Shown: positions 1-12,146 of the stretch, piece after piece
How positions within the stretch are numbered: the stretch's first letter is position 1
Layout: each line of letters starts with the position of its first letter
NCBI GenBank assembly: GCA_951406725.2
Contig: OX597823.1
Location: 101,680,001 to 101,744,000, forward strand
Length of the DNA: 64,000 nt
Origin: Octopus vulgaris
Lineage: Eukaryota
Reading direction: 5' to 3'
Notes under the pieces: model-generated
The model's database searches: none
Seen by the model: only the letters and a program-made list of their open reading frames with translations
Told to the model about the DNA's origin: nothing
Program-made: the position numbers and the translations under genes

Positions 1-326
1 TCTACATAGAGCCAGAGATGTCGCAGTCTCAGCGCGTGTCTGCGCATCATCAACCACGGCATGCCCAGCCCTCCTTTTAACGGGTGTTGACAGCAAATGG
101 ATCGCCTGACCATCGGGACGCATCCTTTCCACAAGAAGCGGAAGAGGATGCGTTCTAGTTTGGTTGTGGTAGGGTCGGGACAAGGTACGACGGTCAGGCG
201 GTAGTAGATGATGGACGCGATGTACGCGTTCGCCACCTCCGCCCGACCTTTTAGGGACAGTTTCCTCTCGGCCCATTGCTGAGCGAGAGTGACCACCCTA
301 CTCGTTATCTCGTTCCAGTTCTTCTC
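1..326 (-). pseudogene. LINE ORF2 continuation after the RT domain
   Basis: Manual translation of the minus strand gives EKNWNEITSRVVTLAQQWAERKLSLKGRAEVANAYIASIIYYRLTVVPCP...LFRFLWKG...HPLKGGLGMPWL, the typical L1/Tx1 post-RT region. Confidence 0.88.
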
Positions 327-557
327 CGAATACGTATTGATCCAAGTTGATCAGTGCCCCACCCATGCCAGGTTCGTTAACTACCCTGTCTATGATGTAG
401 CGCATCAGATGGAGGTTGTCATGGATGCTCCGGCCCGGCACGGCGCACGTTTGTGCGTTGTCGACCAGTTTCTCGATGACAAGCGCCAACCTCTTGGCTA
501 ACACCTTTGTCAAAATTTTCAGGTCTGCATTGAGCAGTGTGATTGGTCTAAAGTTAT

Positions 558-1640
558 CTAGTTATCCAGTTCTTCTCCGAACCAGACCCCGAGCAACTTA
601 ACCGGGCCGTCTGTCCAGCGTCCCACGACGGAGGTACTGGTGGACGGCATGGGCTTGCTTCTCCAGGTGCCGAGCCGCAAGCCCACTGACTTTTCCCGGT
701 TGATTTTTGCTCCTGTCACCGTTTCGTAGTCTTTTAGTGTTTCGCCGACCCGCTCGATGTGCGCGTGGCTTGACACTATGACGGTGACGTCGTCCGCGTA
801 TGCAGACACGCTCGTCCCGCATCCTAATTCTCGCGGGATGCCCCTCAGAGTCGCCAGCTTCCGCAGTAGTGGCTCAAGAGTCAATACGTATAGAAGCGCC
901 GAGAGGGGGCATCCCTGACGGACCGAACGTGCAATGTCGAAAGGTCTCGATAGATGTCCATTTACGCGAATTACCGAACGTATGCCTCTGTACAAGGCAG
1001 CTATCCAGCCGCGGAAGACGGGACCGAAACCAGCCGCTCTCAGGACTGCCTCCAAGTATCGATGGTCTACCCTATCAAAGGCTTTCGATTGATCCAAGTT
1101 GATCAGTGCCCCACCCATGCCAGGTTCGTTAACTACCCTGTCTATGATGTAGCGCATCAGATGGAGGTTGTCATGGATGCTCCGGCCCGGCACGGCGCAC
1201 GTTTGTGCGTTGTCGACCAGTTTCTCGATGACAAGCGCCAACCTCTTGGCTAACACCTTTGTCAAAATTTTCAGGTCTGCATTGAGCAGTGTGATTGGTC
1301 TAAAGTTATCTATAATGTTTCCCTTGTTTGGATCTTTCTTCAGCAGAGTTACAGCTCCTCGACTCACAAAACCGGGTATGCTCCCGTTTTGCTGCCAGTT
1401 GCAGTATACCGCTGCCAAGACGTCTCCAAACAAGTCTGGCATACAATTGTAAAACTCGTAGGGTAGACCATCCAAACCCGGTGATTTGTCCCTCGAGCAT
1501 TCTGCCATCGCTTCCTGCACTTCCGCCGCCGTGATGGCACCTTCGCAGCAACCTGCCTTTCTTGTCGAGAGTCGTGGCAGGCTATGTAGGTAGGCACTGA
1601 AGTCCACCCTACGTTCTTGCCCTCCACTCGTCCCGAACAG
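558..1640 (-). pseudogene. LINE ORF2 reverse transcriptase domain
   Basis: KSPGLDGLPYEFY, FRPITLLNADLKIL, LDQSKAFDRVDH, VRQGCPLS, AYADDVT, KLLGVWF; interrupted at ~560-580 by a deletion plus templated insertion. Confidence 0.93.
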
Positions 1641-2849
1641 TCAGGCAAAATGCTGCTGAAAGGCCTCACACATTTTACTTGGCTCGAGCAATTCGCGCCC
1701 CTGTTCATCTACCAGGGACCGAATGGTGGCTTTGTTGCCCTGTTGCGCCTCTGCCACCCGGGCCTCTCTCGCGGCTCCAACACCTTCGTTCCTTAGAGCA
1801 CGCATCCTAGCTCTGACAGCACATCCTTCGTGTTTGGCGTTGAAGTGTTGGTCGAGGGCCAACCTCGCCGCCAAAACGTCGGATGCGATGCCGCTTCTAA
1901 TTGCCTCTTCTAGCTTCTTAACTAGCTCACCCTCTACTCTATTTCTATCTATGGCTAGTGCTTTGCTGTACCTAATCGCTTCTGCTTTTACTGCTCTCTT
2001 GAGGGCAAACCACCATTTGTTGTTGATGATGGCTCCCGTCAAAGCCCTCTTTACTAGTGTGCTAATCCGGTCTCTGAAAACTTGTCTGGACGGGAATGAT
2101 GCGTTCAGTTTCCAGTACCCAGGACCCTGTCTATGTGCCTTATCTAAGTCTAGCGTACACGTCACCAATTTGTGATCCGTGTAGCTGACTGTGTGGAATT
2201 GTGGACATCCTAAGTTATCCTTGTCTACTGTCCTACACAGTATCCTATCTAGATACGATCTCGACGACCCACTGCGGTTGCTCCATGTCCACGTTGGTGC
2301 ATTTGGGTGGTCGAGTCGGTACCTGTCAGACAGTTGGAATCGTCTGAGCAGGTTTCTGAGGCATTTGCATCCCCTTCTGTTTTTGTCTCTCCCCACGTAG
2401 TCTAGATGTGTGTCCAAGGTAGCATTCCAATCCCCCACTAAAAGTAAAGGACGAGACGTTCCCAGGAATACTTCTAGACGTCGAAAGAAATCCGGCCGAC
2501 CTGTTAAAGGCGGTGCGTAGACTGATACGAGTCGAAAAGCGCACCCATTGCTGCCGTCGACATCCAGAACGATCAGTCTACCCTCCGGGTCTACGAATAT
2601 CTTGACTTCGAGATCCAGGCTCTTGTGAAAAAGTACCGCGGTGCCACTACCACCCATCCTCGGCAGACAGGGAGCGAAATAAATGTTAAACTGTCCGCCA
2701 AACATGGACTTTAGGGCCCGTGGCTCGTGGAGTCTGGTCTCACTTATGGCTATGATTCCCAAATCATGTGACTTGATGTCATTTAGGAGGTATCCTTGTT
2801 TCCAAGGAGACCCCAAGCCACGCGCATTCACACAACCAATCTTGACCAT
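1641..2849 (-). pseudogene. LINE ORF2 N-terminal part: apurinic-like (APE) endonuclease, ended by a premature TGA
   Basis: Motifs NARGL, ISETR, SVYAP, GDWNA, SYLDRIL, TDHKLV, PGYWKLN. The stop at 1641-1643 is in frame with the downstream RT ORF (FQQHFA*LFGT). Confidence 0.92.
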
Positions 2850-2899
2850 GATTCTATTGGGGTGTGTGCTTTAAAGCACAAAAAGGAAAGTACAGAGAG

Positions 2900-3325
2900 T
2901 TACTTACTTGTGTCGAAAGTTTTGGCTTCCTCGTTCTTTGATGTGTCTTCGAGGAGGTTTTTATAAAGTTTTTGGGACAGATATTTTTGAAAACCCCCTA
3001 CAGCATTTGGGAAGAGGGCTTTGAGTTTGTGGTGTTGTGTTTGTGTGATGTGTAGTATTTTGATGTGTTTGGGTGGTGTAGTGCGTGGATGATTGCTATT
3101 TTTAAAGTCATCTTCACAAATGTTTGTGTAGCCTGTGATGTACTCCATTAGTTTGGAGTCTTTGGTGTCTATCGCTGATAGCATTGTGTGTGTTTTTGTG
3201 GTGTTGGTGCTTGTTTGGTTGTGTATGGAGTTTTCAGGGTTCAGGTATCTCCCTGCTTTGGTTGCGATTTCTTGTTTGGTTTTTCTTGATCTTTTTCTTT
3301 TACTATTTCTTTTGCTATTTGCCAT
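2900..3325 (-). CDS. Probable frameshifted C-terminus of ORF1 (or a small overlapping ORF)
   Basis: 141-aa ORF overlapping the end of ORF1 in another frame and ending 50 nt before the ORF2 ATG; basic KRNSKRKRSRK stretch. Confidence 0.5.
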   Translation of the reverse strand: MANSKRNSKRKRSRKTKQEIATKAGRYLNPENSIHNQTSTNTTKTHTMLSAIDTKDSKLMEYITGYTNICEDDFKNSNHPRTTPPKHIKILHITQTQHHKLKALFPNAVGGFQKYLSQKLYKNLLEDTSKNEEAKTFDTSK

Positions 3326-4612
3326 TCTGTCGAACTTTCATCGTTAGATGAAAAGTCTGACGAATCAGCAGGGGGTAAGGGTAAAGCGTCTGGGTCTGTT
3401 TGTGCGGTTGTAGATATTGTTGTGGTGCGCGGGGAGGGTGTTGCTGGGGGGTTTGTTGTGGTTATTGTCTCGCCTACATCCTTGGTGCTTGTCTTCTTCG
3501 TTGTTATTCTTGGTGTTGGAATTGGTTTATTTGTTGTTGGTGGTGATGATTCTGTTCTTGGCGCTGGTGTTGGTGTTGTTTGGTTGGGTTGGCTTGTTCT
3601 TTGTTGTTTTTCATGCATTTCTGCATACAGCTTCTTGACTAGCTGTCCATATTGTGGTGTGGGCAATAATGCTGGCTTTTGTGATTTTTCCTGTGGCTGT
3701 TGTTGTTGTTGTAATTTAGCGGCAGATTTGCACTCCTTTTTGAGGTGTGCCTCACTGCCACATGTATAGCATCGTGGCCTTCTGCCCTCGACTACTACGT
3801 ATAACTTGCGGCCATCCTCAAGATGTACGTGGGTGGGAATTTTATTGATGTCATCTTGACTTATGTGGAAGAGGAACTCCATTCTCTTTCCCAGCCAGTC
3901 CTTGTTTTTCGAAACACCGATATCTAGGATGTTTAAGTCCTCCATTTCGGATGTTAAGGCGGATGTTATCCACAGTGTTGTTGTTACTTGGGGGACATTA
4001 TTGACAATGACCTTCGTCACCTTCTGGCCAAGGTAACTCGGTGTCATCGTCAGTTCATCAGAATGAAGGGTTATCGTTGAGAATTTCTTCGCCAACTCTT
4101 CATTCTGAAAAACCACCTGTACGCGGGCGAACTTGTTCGCCCAAGTCACAAAATCCTTGAATCCCCAAAGTAGGCACTTTTCTATTTTGTCTGTGCTTGC
4201 CTTTTCTGGACTTTTAGTTTTTTTATTTGTGATTTTACATACAATTGTCTTCTTTTTCTCCTCATTCAGTATGTGTTGTGATATGTGTAAGAGTATTTTG
4301 CCGTTCTCATTGGTGATAATGTTTCTGCAATCTTTTATTTGTTGTGTAGTAAACGAAACTTTTGTTACTTTTTCTTTTATCGCCTCGGCGAAGTTTGTTG
4401 TTGTTTTGTTATTGTTGTTACTGCCGGTGGTGTTGATGTTGATGGCAGGGGTTTGGGTTGTAGGTTTGTGGTTGCTGATTATGCAACTAGCAAGGGGTGG
4501 AAAATTGTCTGCGTAATTTAGTCCTGCATTAGCGCAAATTTCGGCATTTCGTTTGGTTGTCGTTGTTATTTTTTCACTTGTTGGTGATGGAGTGAGCAGT
4601 GGTTGAAGGGAA

Positions 4613-4665
<53 letters not shown>

Positions 4666-4812
4666 ATTGTCGTTCTTGGTGACGGCGGTGGTGTTAGTGG
4701 TATTAGTAGCATTGACGGCACGGTCTTTGGTGGCGGTGATGGTGATGTTGGTATTGTTATTGGTGGCGATGTCTTTAGCAGGGATAGCAGTTTTAGTAGC
4801 AGATGCTGCCAT
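3241..4812 (-). CDS. LINE ORF1 (gag-like nucleic-acid-binding protein, Tx1 type)
   Basis: 523-aa ORF with zinc knuckle CYTCGSEAHLKKEC (CX2CX4HX4C) preceded by VVVEGRRPR and an RRM-like region. It has low-complexity N/T/P-rich flanks and lies upstream of ORF2. Confidence 0.85.
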
Positions 4813-5365
4813 GGTGTTGTTGTCGGTGTTGGTGGTGGACTCACTGGTGGTGTTGACGGTGCTTGGCCTTGCGACCTTTGTTTTGTATTTGTTGCTGTTG
4901 TCGATGCTGATGGTGGTGGTGGTGGTGGTGGTGGTGAAAGCGGTGGTGGTAACAGTAGTATTCTCTTTGTTGTTCTTGTTAGTGGTGGTAGTGGTGACAG
5001 GGTTTTTAACTACAAGTGGTTGCAGCGTTCATTGCAAATTCATTGATGATTTCACCTTCCGTGCATAAATTCTTTTTTTCTCCTAGCGTTTCCAGTCTAG
5101 GAGAAAGCTGGTCGATAGAGGAACGCGACCATCGTTCTAAAATACAATTTCTTGACATTTTCAAAATATCGAAAAGGAAATTACACAAATTAAATAGGAC
5201 TGAAACTGCCCCTAGGGGCGAATTCCTCCCTTGGAAAAGCACTCAAACGAAAGTTGGGTGCCTTACACAACTTATTTACAAAAATGTACACAAAAATTGG
5301 CCTATAAATAGTCAAAATAAACGATTACCTTCGGAGTCGAAGTGACATCACGTCCGTCAATAAAC

Positions 5366-5389
5366 AGATAGATAGATAGATAGATAGAG

Positions 5390-5467
<78 letters not shown>

Positions 5468-5480
5468 ATTGATAGATAGA
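5366..5480 (+). repeat. (GATA)n microsatellite flanking the LINE 5' end
   Basis: Direct reading of the sequence. Confidence 0.95.
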
Positions 5481-6050
5481 TGCCAATTGACAACAGCTTA
5501 TGCGAAGCATTAATGGCACTAACTGAATGTCGCCAGACTTGGAAGGTATGCGAAGACTATAGACATTGCCCCTTCCTCCAATCACAGCAGCAACAACAAG
5601 AACAAAAACAAAACAAAACAAAAACAGCAAAGCAAAAAACAAACAAAGTAGTATATTGACGGATAAAATACCGCTCATCTATTCGCGCTCGCAGTATTGA
5701 ATATATCATGTCAAAAATAAGGAAAAGCAAATGAGTCTCACTCTTTAAAGAATTGATTGGTTCGTATTTGAGCCATTGGGAGCATATTTAGTCGGCTATC
5801 AACAGTATGCATAATACATGAGCTATATGAAATGAATGTGAATAATGTTTTTCCCGTTTTCGTTCTCGTCCTGTTCCACGTCTCTGTCTTTCTGTTGTAA
5901 CAAAATGGCTTTTCCGTTTTAGTTTCTGTTGAGTTTTACGTCTTTTTGTGGTGTCTTGTACGTATATATATTTATATATGCATGTATATATACATGTAGA
6001 TGTCGGTACGTACATATATGTTTGTATGTATGCATATATTTTATTTATTA

Positions 6051-6102
<52 letters not shown>

Positions 6103-6105
<3 letters not shown>

Positions 6106-6273
6106 CGCAGGAGTGGCTGTGTGGTAAGTAGCTTGCTTATGAACTACATGGTTCCGGGTTCAGTCCACTGCGTGGCATCTTGGGCAAATGTCTTCTACTA
6201 TAGCCTCGGGCCGACCAAAGCCTTGTGAGTGGATTTGGTAGACGGAAACTGAAAGAAGCCTGTCGTATGTATG

Positions 6274-6339
<66 letters not shown>

Positions 6340-6560
6340 TGTGTCTGTGTTTGTCCCCCTAGCATTGCTTGACAACCGATGCTGGTGTGTTTACGTCCCC
6401 GTCACTTAGCGGTTCGGCAAAAAGAGACCGATAGAATAAGTACTGGACTTACAAAGATTAAGTCCCGGGGTCGATTTGATCGACTAAAGGCGGTGCTCCA
6501 GCATGGCCGCAGTCAAATGACTGAAACAAGTAAAAGTAAAAGTAAAAAGTAAAAGTAAGT
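6103..6560 (+). mobile_element. SINE family A (tRNA-like head, internal TA/TG microsatellite, (GTAAAA)n tail)
   Basis: Head AGGCGCAGGAGTGGCTGTGTGGTAAG...GGTTCAGTCC with A/B-box-like motifs; homologous copies at 34235, 35205 and 57322-57780. Confidence 0.85.
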
Positions 6561-6593
6561 ATATATATATATATATATATATACATAAGTACC

Positions 6594-7030
6594 TGGCGCA
6601 AGTGGTACTGTGCGTGTAGGAAACTTGCTTCCCAGCCACATTTTGGTCTTGGGTTCAGTCCCACTGCGCGGGACCTTGGGAAGTTGTCCTTCACTCTAGC
6701 CACGGGCCGACTAAAGCCTTGAGAATGCATTTGGTCGGCTGAAACTGAAAGCCCGTAGCAAATATGTGTATGTCTATGTATATATAGATATGTATGTATG
6801 TGTGTATATATATATACATATAGATAGATAGATTATACATATATATAACTCTGTGTGTATGTTTTTATGTTTTATGTTTGTTCTCGATCACCGTTTGTTG
6901 GTTTGTTTACGTCACCATAACTTAGTAGTTCATCAAAAGAACTGATAAAATATGTAGTTGGATTTATTAGACTGAATCCTTCAAGGCGTTGTCCTAGCAT
7001 GGCCGCAATCCTTTTACTGAAACTAATGAA
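6594..7030 (+). mobile_element. SINE family A, older degenerate copy
   Basis: GGCGCAAGTGG...GGGTTCAGTCCCACTGCG...AGCATGGCCGCA...ACTGAAAC, colinear with 6103-6560. Confidence 0.7.
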
Positions 7031-8624
7031 TGATACGCACGGACACACCCACCCAACCCCCACCACACAATTTTCAACGTCAATATGGAGCTTGCAGTGT
7101 TAGGATAAGTTGGACGAGACATCGTGCACTGAGATTAAATTATGAAATTATGAAAGTATGTCATTATAAAGATGTAATAAAAATGTTGATTGCTAGCTGA
7201 AGTTTGTTGTATAATGAATGGTGATTATTCATAGAGTATTTAATTAACTAATCACAGTTTGTTCCAACTAAGATCTTCATTTTGCTAAGAATTAATGTAA
7301 TTTTAGACATATAATAAACTGCAACGCACTCATGCAAAATGCTATGGTGTCCCAGTTATGCTTTGTTTCAAGTATATTCATTTTATTAGGATGGTGTATA
7401 TATATACACTCACTCTCACACACACCCAGTAGTATACAATAATCAGAAAGTAGTTACTGATATTTTCAATGTATTTAAGACGTACATTTCAAGTTGTTAC
7501 ATAAAAAATATTTTACGATAATTCTCTTTAGTTGCCACAACCGAAATACATTGGTAGAATCAAGTTTCCCGTATATCAATTAAACTGAAAATGGAAAGAC
7601 ACAAAAAAAAATGAAAAAAGATGTGAGATTATAGTTGTATAAATAACCAAGGAAGTGATGGAGTAATTAAAAATAACATATATGATAGAAATATTGAAAA
7701 ATAAATTAACAGACAAATATCCGGGTCAAAAATTTCAATCATAACGAGAAAGAAAAAAATACGAAATTAAAGAGAAATATGAGACCTTTGCTTACAAAAT
7801 CTTAAGGAAATTAAATTATCGCCACCTTTCTTACTGAGTTGTAACATCTTTGAATTTAATAAAATATATATGTCTCTGCTATTAAGCTTAAAAAATCTAT
7901 TGTAAAGAGTTTAAATTATTACATATTTTTTAACCAAACTTGTAGATCGGATTCATGAAGCGAGCTATGTCTGAGAATGTTTAATTATTTATTTATTATT
8001 TCTATGTTGTCCTTAATAGCTCCTCCTCTACCTTTGATACTTGTACAACTAAAGTGTCTCTCGTTTCTTTTTTTCTCTTTTACTGTTTCTTTCTACGGTT
8101 GTCAGTGACTTTTTTTTTACCCACCTATATATTTCGCTGGTAACGAATGAAGAGTGTTATTTCCATAACAGTTTGTTACGTAACCACTCGTTATGTATTA
8201 AATCCAATAAAAAATCAGTAATTGATTATGTGATTATTGTGATGTTATAAGACTCATGTTAATAAGCAATCAAACTAACCTGGCTTGGAATAATACATCT
8301 CTAGCGCTAAAAGGGTGTAGAAGTGAAATGTTGATTCAGACACTGAGTCAAAAATATCTGGTAAATGAGCTTAATAAAAGCTGGCAATTTGCATAGAGTG
8401 GATCAAATCAATATTTTTGTTGTGTAAAGTTATTATATCATGAAAGTTCCTTGGAAATCAATATAAACATACGTGGTTCAATGCGAACAATTTCAAACAG
8501 TATAGTACCCAGAGATACATGCATTGCCATGCAAATTCGAATCGTACAGGACTATATGCCAATTACAAATCGTTACGAAAGCCTGAAAATATTTCTTTAT
8601 ATTCTTCTCTGATGACGATATACG

Positions 8625-8800
8625 TATGTCTGTTAGCACGCTGGACGAAATGTTTCGCCGTATGTCGTCGTCGCTACGTTCTGATTTCAACTTCCGGTGA
8701 GGTCGGGATCGATAAATTAAGGACCAGTGAAACACTGGGGTCAATGTAATCCACTAGTCCCTCTCCCAAAATTTCAGGCCTTGTGCCATTAGTAGAAAGG
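8625..8800 (+). mobile_element. SINE family B copy
   Basis: GTTAGCACGCTGGACGAAATG...CGTTCTGATTTCAACTTCC...CTGGGGTCAATGTAATC...AAAATTTCAGGCCTTGTGCC. Confidence 0.7.
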
Positions 8801-9369
8801 ATGATATACATGTGTACACACACACACACATTGTGGAAACGGCTTATTATCATTACGGAGAATATTTTCAGGTAACTATTGCTATCAAAATTAGTCTATC
8901 ATAAACCACTTTATTTAGAAAGATTTTTGAAACTATTCGTTTACTAGAATCAGTGATCAGAATATTGTTACAATAGCTCTCAAGTGAACCCAACACAACC
9001 ACTATAAAATCCTCGGTGATCAAAAGAAAGGTACTCTAGGTACGAACAGGTAGTGAGTGTATGATGATGGTGAGGAATGGTAGTGTTGGTGGTGGTGATG
9101 GTGAAATCGTATGTTGGTTTTGGGCTTGGAGGTACTGGTGTGTTAAGTTAATTTGTACAGTTGGCAGTGTGAGTGTCTTAAATTGGCATGTGTAGATGAA
9201 TGAAAGCACTGGATTTTGTTATCTACTTAATCATATTTAAGGTCAGAATTGAGCTGGAAGTGATACGTCACCTGTGACTTTGTTTCTTTCGTGAAATCTG
9301 TGAGACAGCCCAATCAACAAAATTGTGATTTTCAATAGGTGATTATTAAAAAACCTTTTATCATGATGA

Positions 9370-10450
9370 AAGAAGTAAATAAAACGTAAAGATTGGTGTC
9401 TTCAAAAACTACAGTTATTGAAGTGCTATGGTAAATTATCCAGAATGAGTCAGCGCAATATTTCAGTTCGTTTAAAAGAAAAGTTACAATGGAGTAAGAT
9501 CTTTTATTTTAATTGTGATGTTGAAAAACCTATACTTATTGATAAGAACACAGATCATAAGAAGACACGATCTAAAGATAGTGAAATTGAATCAGCACAG
9601 AAAATTTGATTTGGCAATACTCGTGAAAAGAATGCTTCAATTAATAGACTCTGACTTGTTACGAAACAAAATATACTGGAAGAAAAATGTATATAGAAAC
9701 TATACACTAACTGCTTGATGATTTGACAAGAAATAAAGAGAAAGAATGTGTATAAACGCCTTCATGGCGAGGGCAAAAGTGTTGATTCTTGTACCTGATG
9801 GCGTCTGGAATTTCTCGAATGCCTTTATCAAAAATTATTGCTGAATATTCTTCTGAGAATATTTACAACGCAACCGAAACGAAGTTTTATTTTCGTTGAA
9901 TGTTCCAATAAATTTATTCGTTTAAAAATGAAAATACCAAAGTCTTTACATCTTCAAAAGAGCGAATGACAGCTCTTTGTTGTGTTAATATGAAGAGATA
10001 GAAACGAAAGTTTCTTATCGTTGGAAAAAGTAAAAATTCTTGGTGTTTGAAGGCAATCAAATGCTTATCTGCTCATTTCTGTTTTACTGCGGATGATTGT
10101 GGATGATTGCAGTAATTTTTAACAATTAGTTACTTAAAATGGATTTGGAACTAGAACTAGAACGAAAGTTAAAATTTGTAATGCAGATAAATAATTTGTC
10201 ATTAAAGAGTATCAAAATAATTTTCTTACTTTGAAACACTACGTCGTCAACTCAGGCATGTATTCAAGGCATTCGAGAAATTAGGATAAAATTTTAACCC
10301 AATTCGATGATAGTCAAAGTCAATTTCATGCAAATACATATACAAAAAAAACTTTCTCTCCTCGATACATTACCTATGCTAGTGATATTATGGAAGCAAG
10401 TCTCAGAGAGGATTACTCAGAGTATGTTATTCTTTTTCTTTTGATTTTTT
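9370..10450 (+). pseudogene. Degenerate pogo/Tigger (CENP-B-like HTH + DDE_1) transposase
   Basis: Broken frames give MSQRNISVRL, KTRSKDSEIESA, ENIYNATETKFYFR (cf. NxDETGLF), KERMTALCCVNM, LIVGKSKN, IIFLT*NTTSSTQACIQG (cf. FLPxNTTSxxQPxDQG). Confidence 0.75.
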
Positions 10451-12146
10451 CCCAATGTAATTGAATTACAAAAAGTGCGGAAACTTGTATAAACGATGAA
10501 TTTATTACCAATGAACTCCAGCCGGTAGACACAAATTGAAAACTGGTCGGTTCTTGATGACAGAGTTGAAGTGGTAGCTGGAATTCTGTCAAGTTGTTAT
10601 TGTTGTAGAACCAATGATCAAATGCGATCCGAGAAAATAAAAGGAAACGTTTGAATAAAATTTTATTTTAGGGTTTATGTTTTTTTTTTTATTACACTTT
10701 TTTATGAAGCTTAAAACATCTTCGTGAATGGTGTAGATGAAACCGTTCTGATTAAATCTAGATTCGCGGAGTAAATTACGATTGTCAGCATCTTTTAAAA
10801 CCGATTTATCCCTCATTTACTGAAGTCATGATTATATTTATTTTAGGTCAAAAAATTAGACCTGGTAAAGCTATGTACGAAAGATACTTTTCAATAAGTT
10901 CTAATGAAACGAACAAATAATTATTTGAAATCAATAATTTTCATAGTAATGATTTTATAATGCAAAATTGTTTATAACAATGAATATCAACTAGATATGA
11001 CTCTGTAGAGTTTCAATAGGAGATATGTCGTATTCATCTTCACTATAAAATCTCGATAAATGCAATATATTGAATATGTATATTAATGCAGGCATACCTG
11101 ATGCAGTATTATATCAGCATTATATTAAAATGCAGATCACATTTAAAAAAAAAATTATTACCAGCTAAATTTGCACTTTTTTTTATAAGCGTGGATTTTT
11201 CGCCTTCTCGTAACTTTTTTTATTTGCCTTTAAAAGTATAAAAAAAAATGTTTTTAAACTATTAAAAGTATGAAAATAAAAAAGAACTATCTCCTGATTT
11301 TTATGTTTTGCACATCAGACATCTCAAACCTGTAAAAACGAAACTAGTATTCTTCTTTTTCTAATCAGACGCTGATTGCGGTTTCTGGAATTTATGGATG
11401 CACTTTTTTAATATATATGCGTTTACGATTTTAAAATGTTCTTTCGTTTCGTATATGTAACACTTCTTGTGTATTTGAAGCGCATAAATGCATTTTGCTT
11501 GCATTTATAATTACGTTTTCCTCCTTAATAAACAGACACGGCATTTCCAATTTGTAATAAGTGAAACTGTACAATATGTATTCATTATCGAATACATGTT
11601 GCATTCATTACTTTGAAGACTTATAGTGGTTTTATAACAAATGGATTTTCATTATTCGTGCATAAAAGCGGTTATAGAACATTAGATTCAAATTACTTAT
11701 TGTTATTCTTTAAAAATGCTTCTTACATTATTTTTTTAAAATTCATTTTTACGAATTCTGAATTTCTGATATTCAAAACATAAAAAAATTACGAAGAACC
11801 ATTTTTAAGAAAGTGCATCATAAAAGAGTATAGGAAGCTTTAAAAATACTATGGTCAATAGGATAAGTTACTAATGATATTTAAATTATTTTTTTCTTTT
11901 TTGGCATTTGATAGAACAATATAGGGCAAGATCAAAAATTAACATTTTAACCCAATAAAGAAAAAACACAAAAAACCCAGATGACTATAAAATTGCTTAA
12001 AATATTACATAAATGTCCTTCTGTATAAATACATACACATACTTACAGACACAAACGCAGGCATATATATATATGAAGGAAGGTATATATATATATATAT
12101 ACAGTGTGTATATTTATTCTCTCTCTATTTCTATATATATATAAAA

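Larger units (their letters stand above)
1..5365 (-). mobile_element. Tx1/L1-clade non-LTR retrotransposon (LINE), near full length, 3' end runs off the window start; disabled copy
   Basis: ORF1 with CCHC knuckle, then ORF2 with APE endonuclease and RT motifs in L1/Tx1 order. The putative 5' end (minus strand ...TATC|TGTTTATTGACGGACGTGATG) abuts the (GATA)n at 5366. Confidence 0.93.

Noticed and set aside
1723-2175. Plus-strand ORFs antisense to the LINE (also 3422-3769, 4133-4516, 4603-5068)
   Set aside because: Shadow ORFs from the codon bias and low complexity of the minus-strand genes.
8605-8660. CTGATGA ... GACGAAA hammerhead-like spacing
   Set aside because: GAAA belongs to an adjacent SINE B; stems I and II do not pair.
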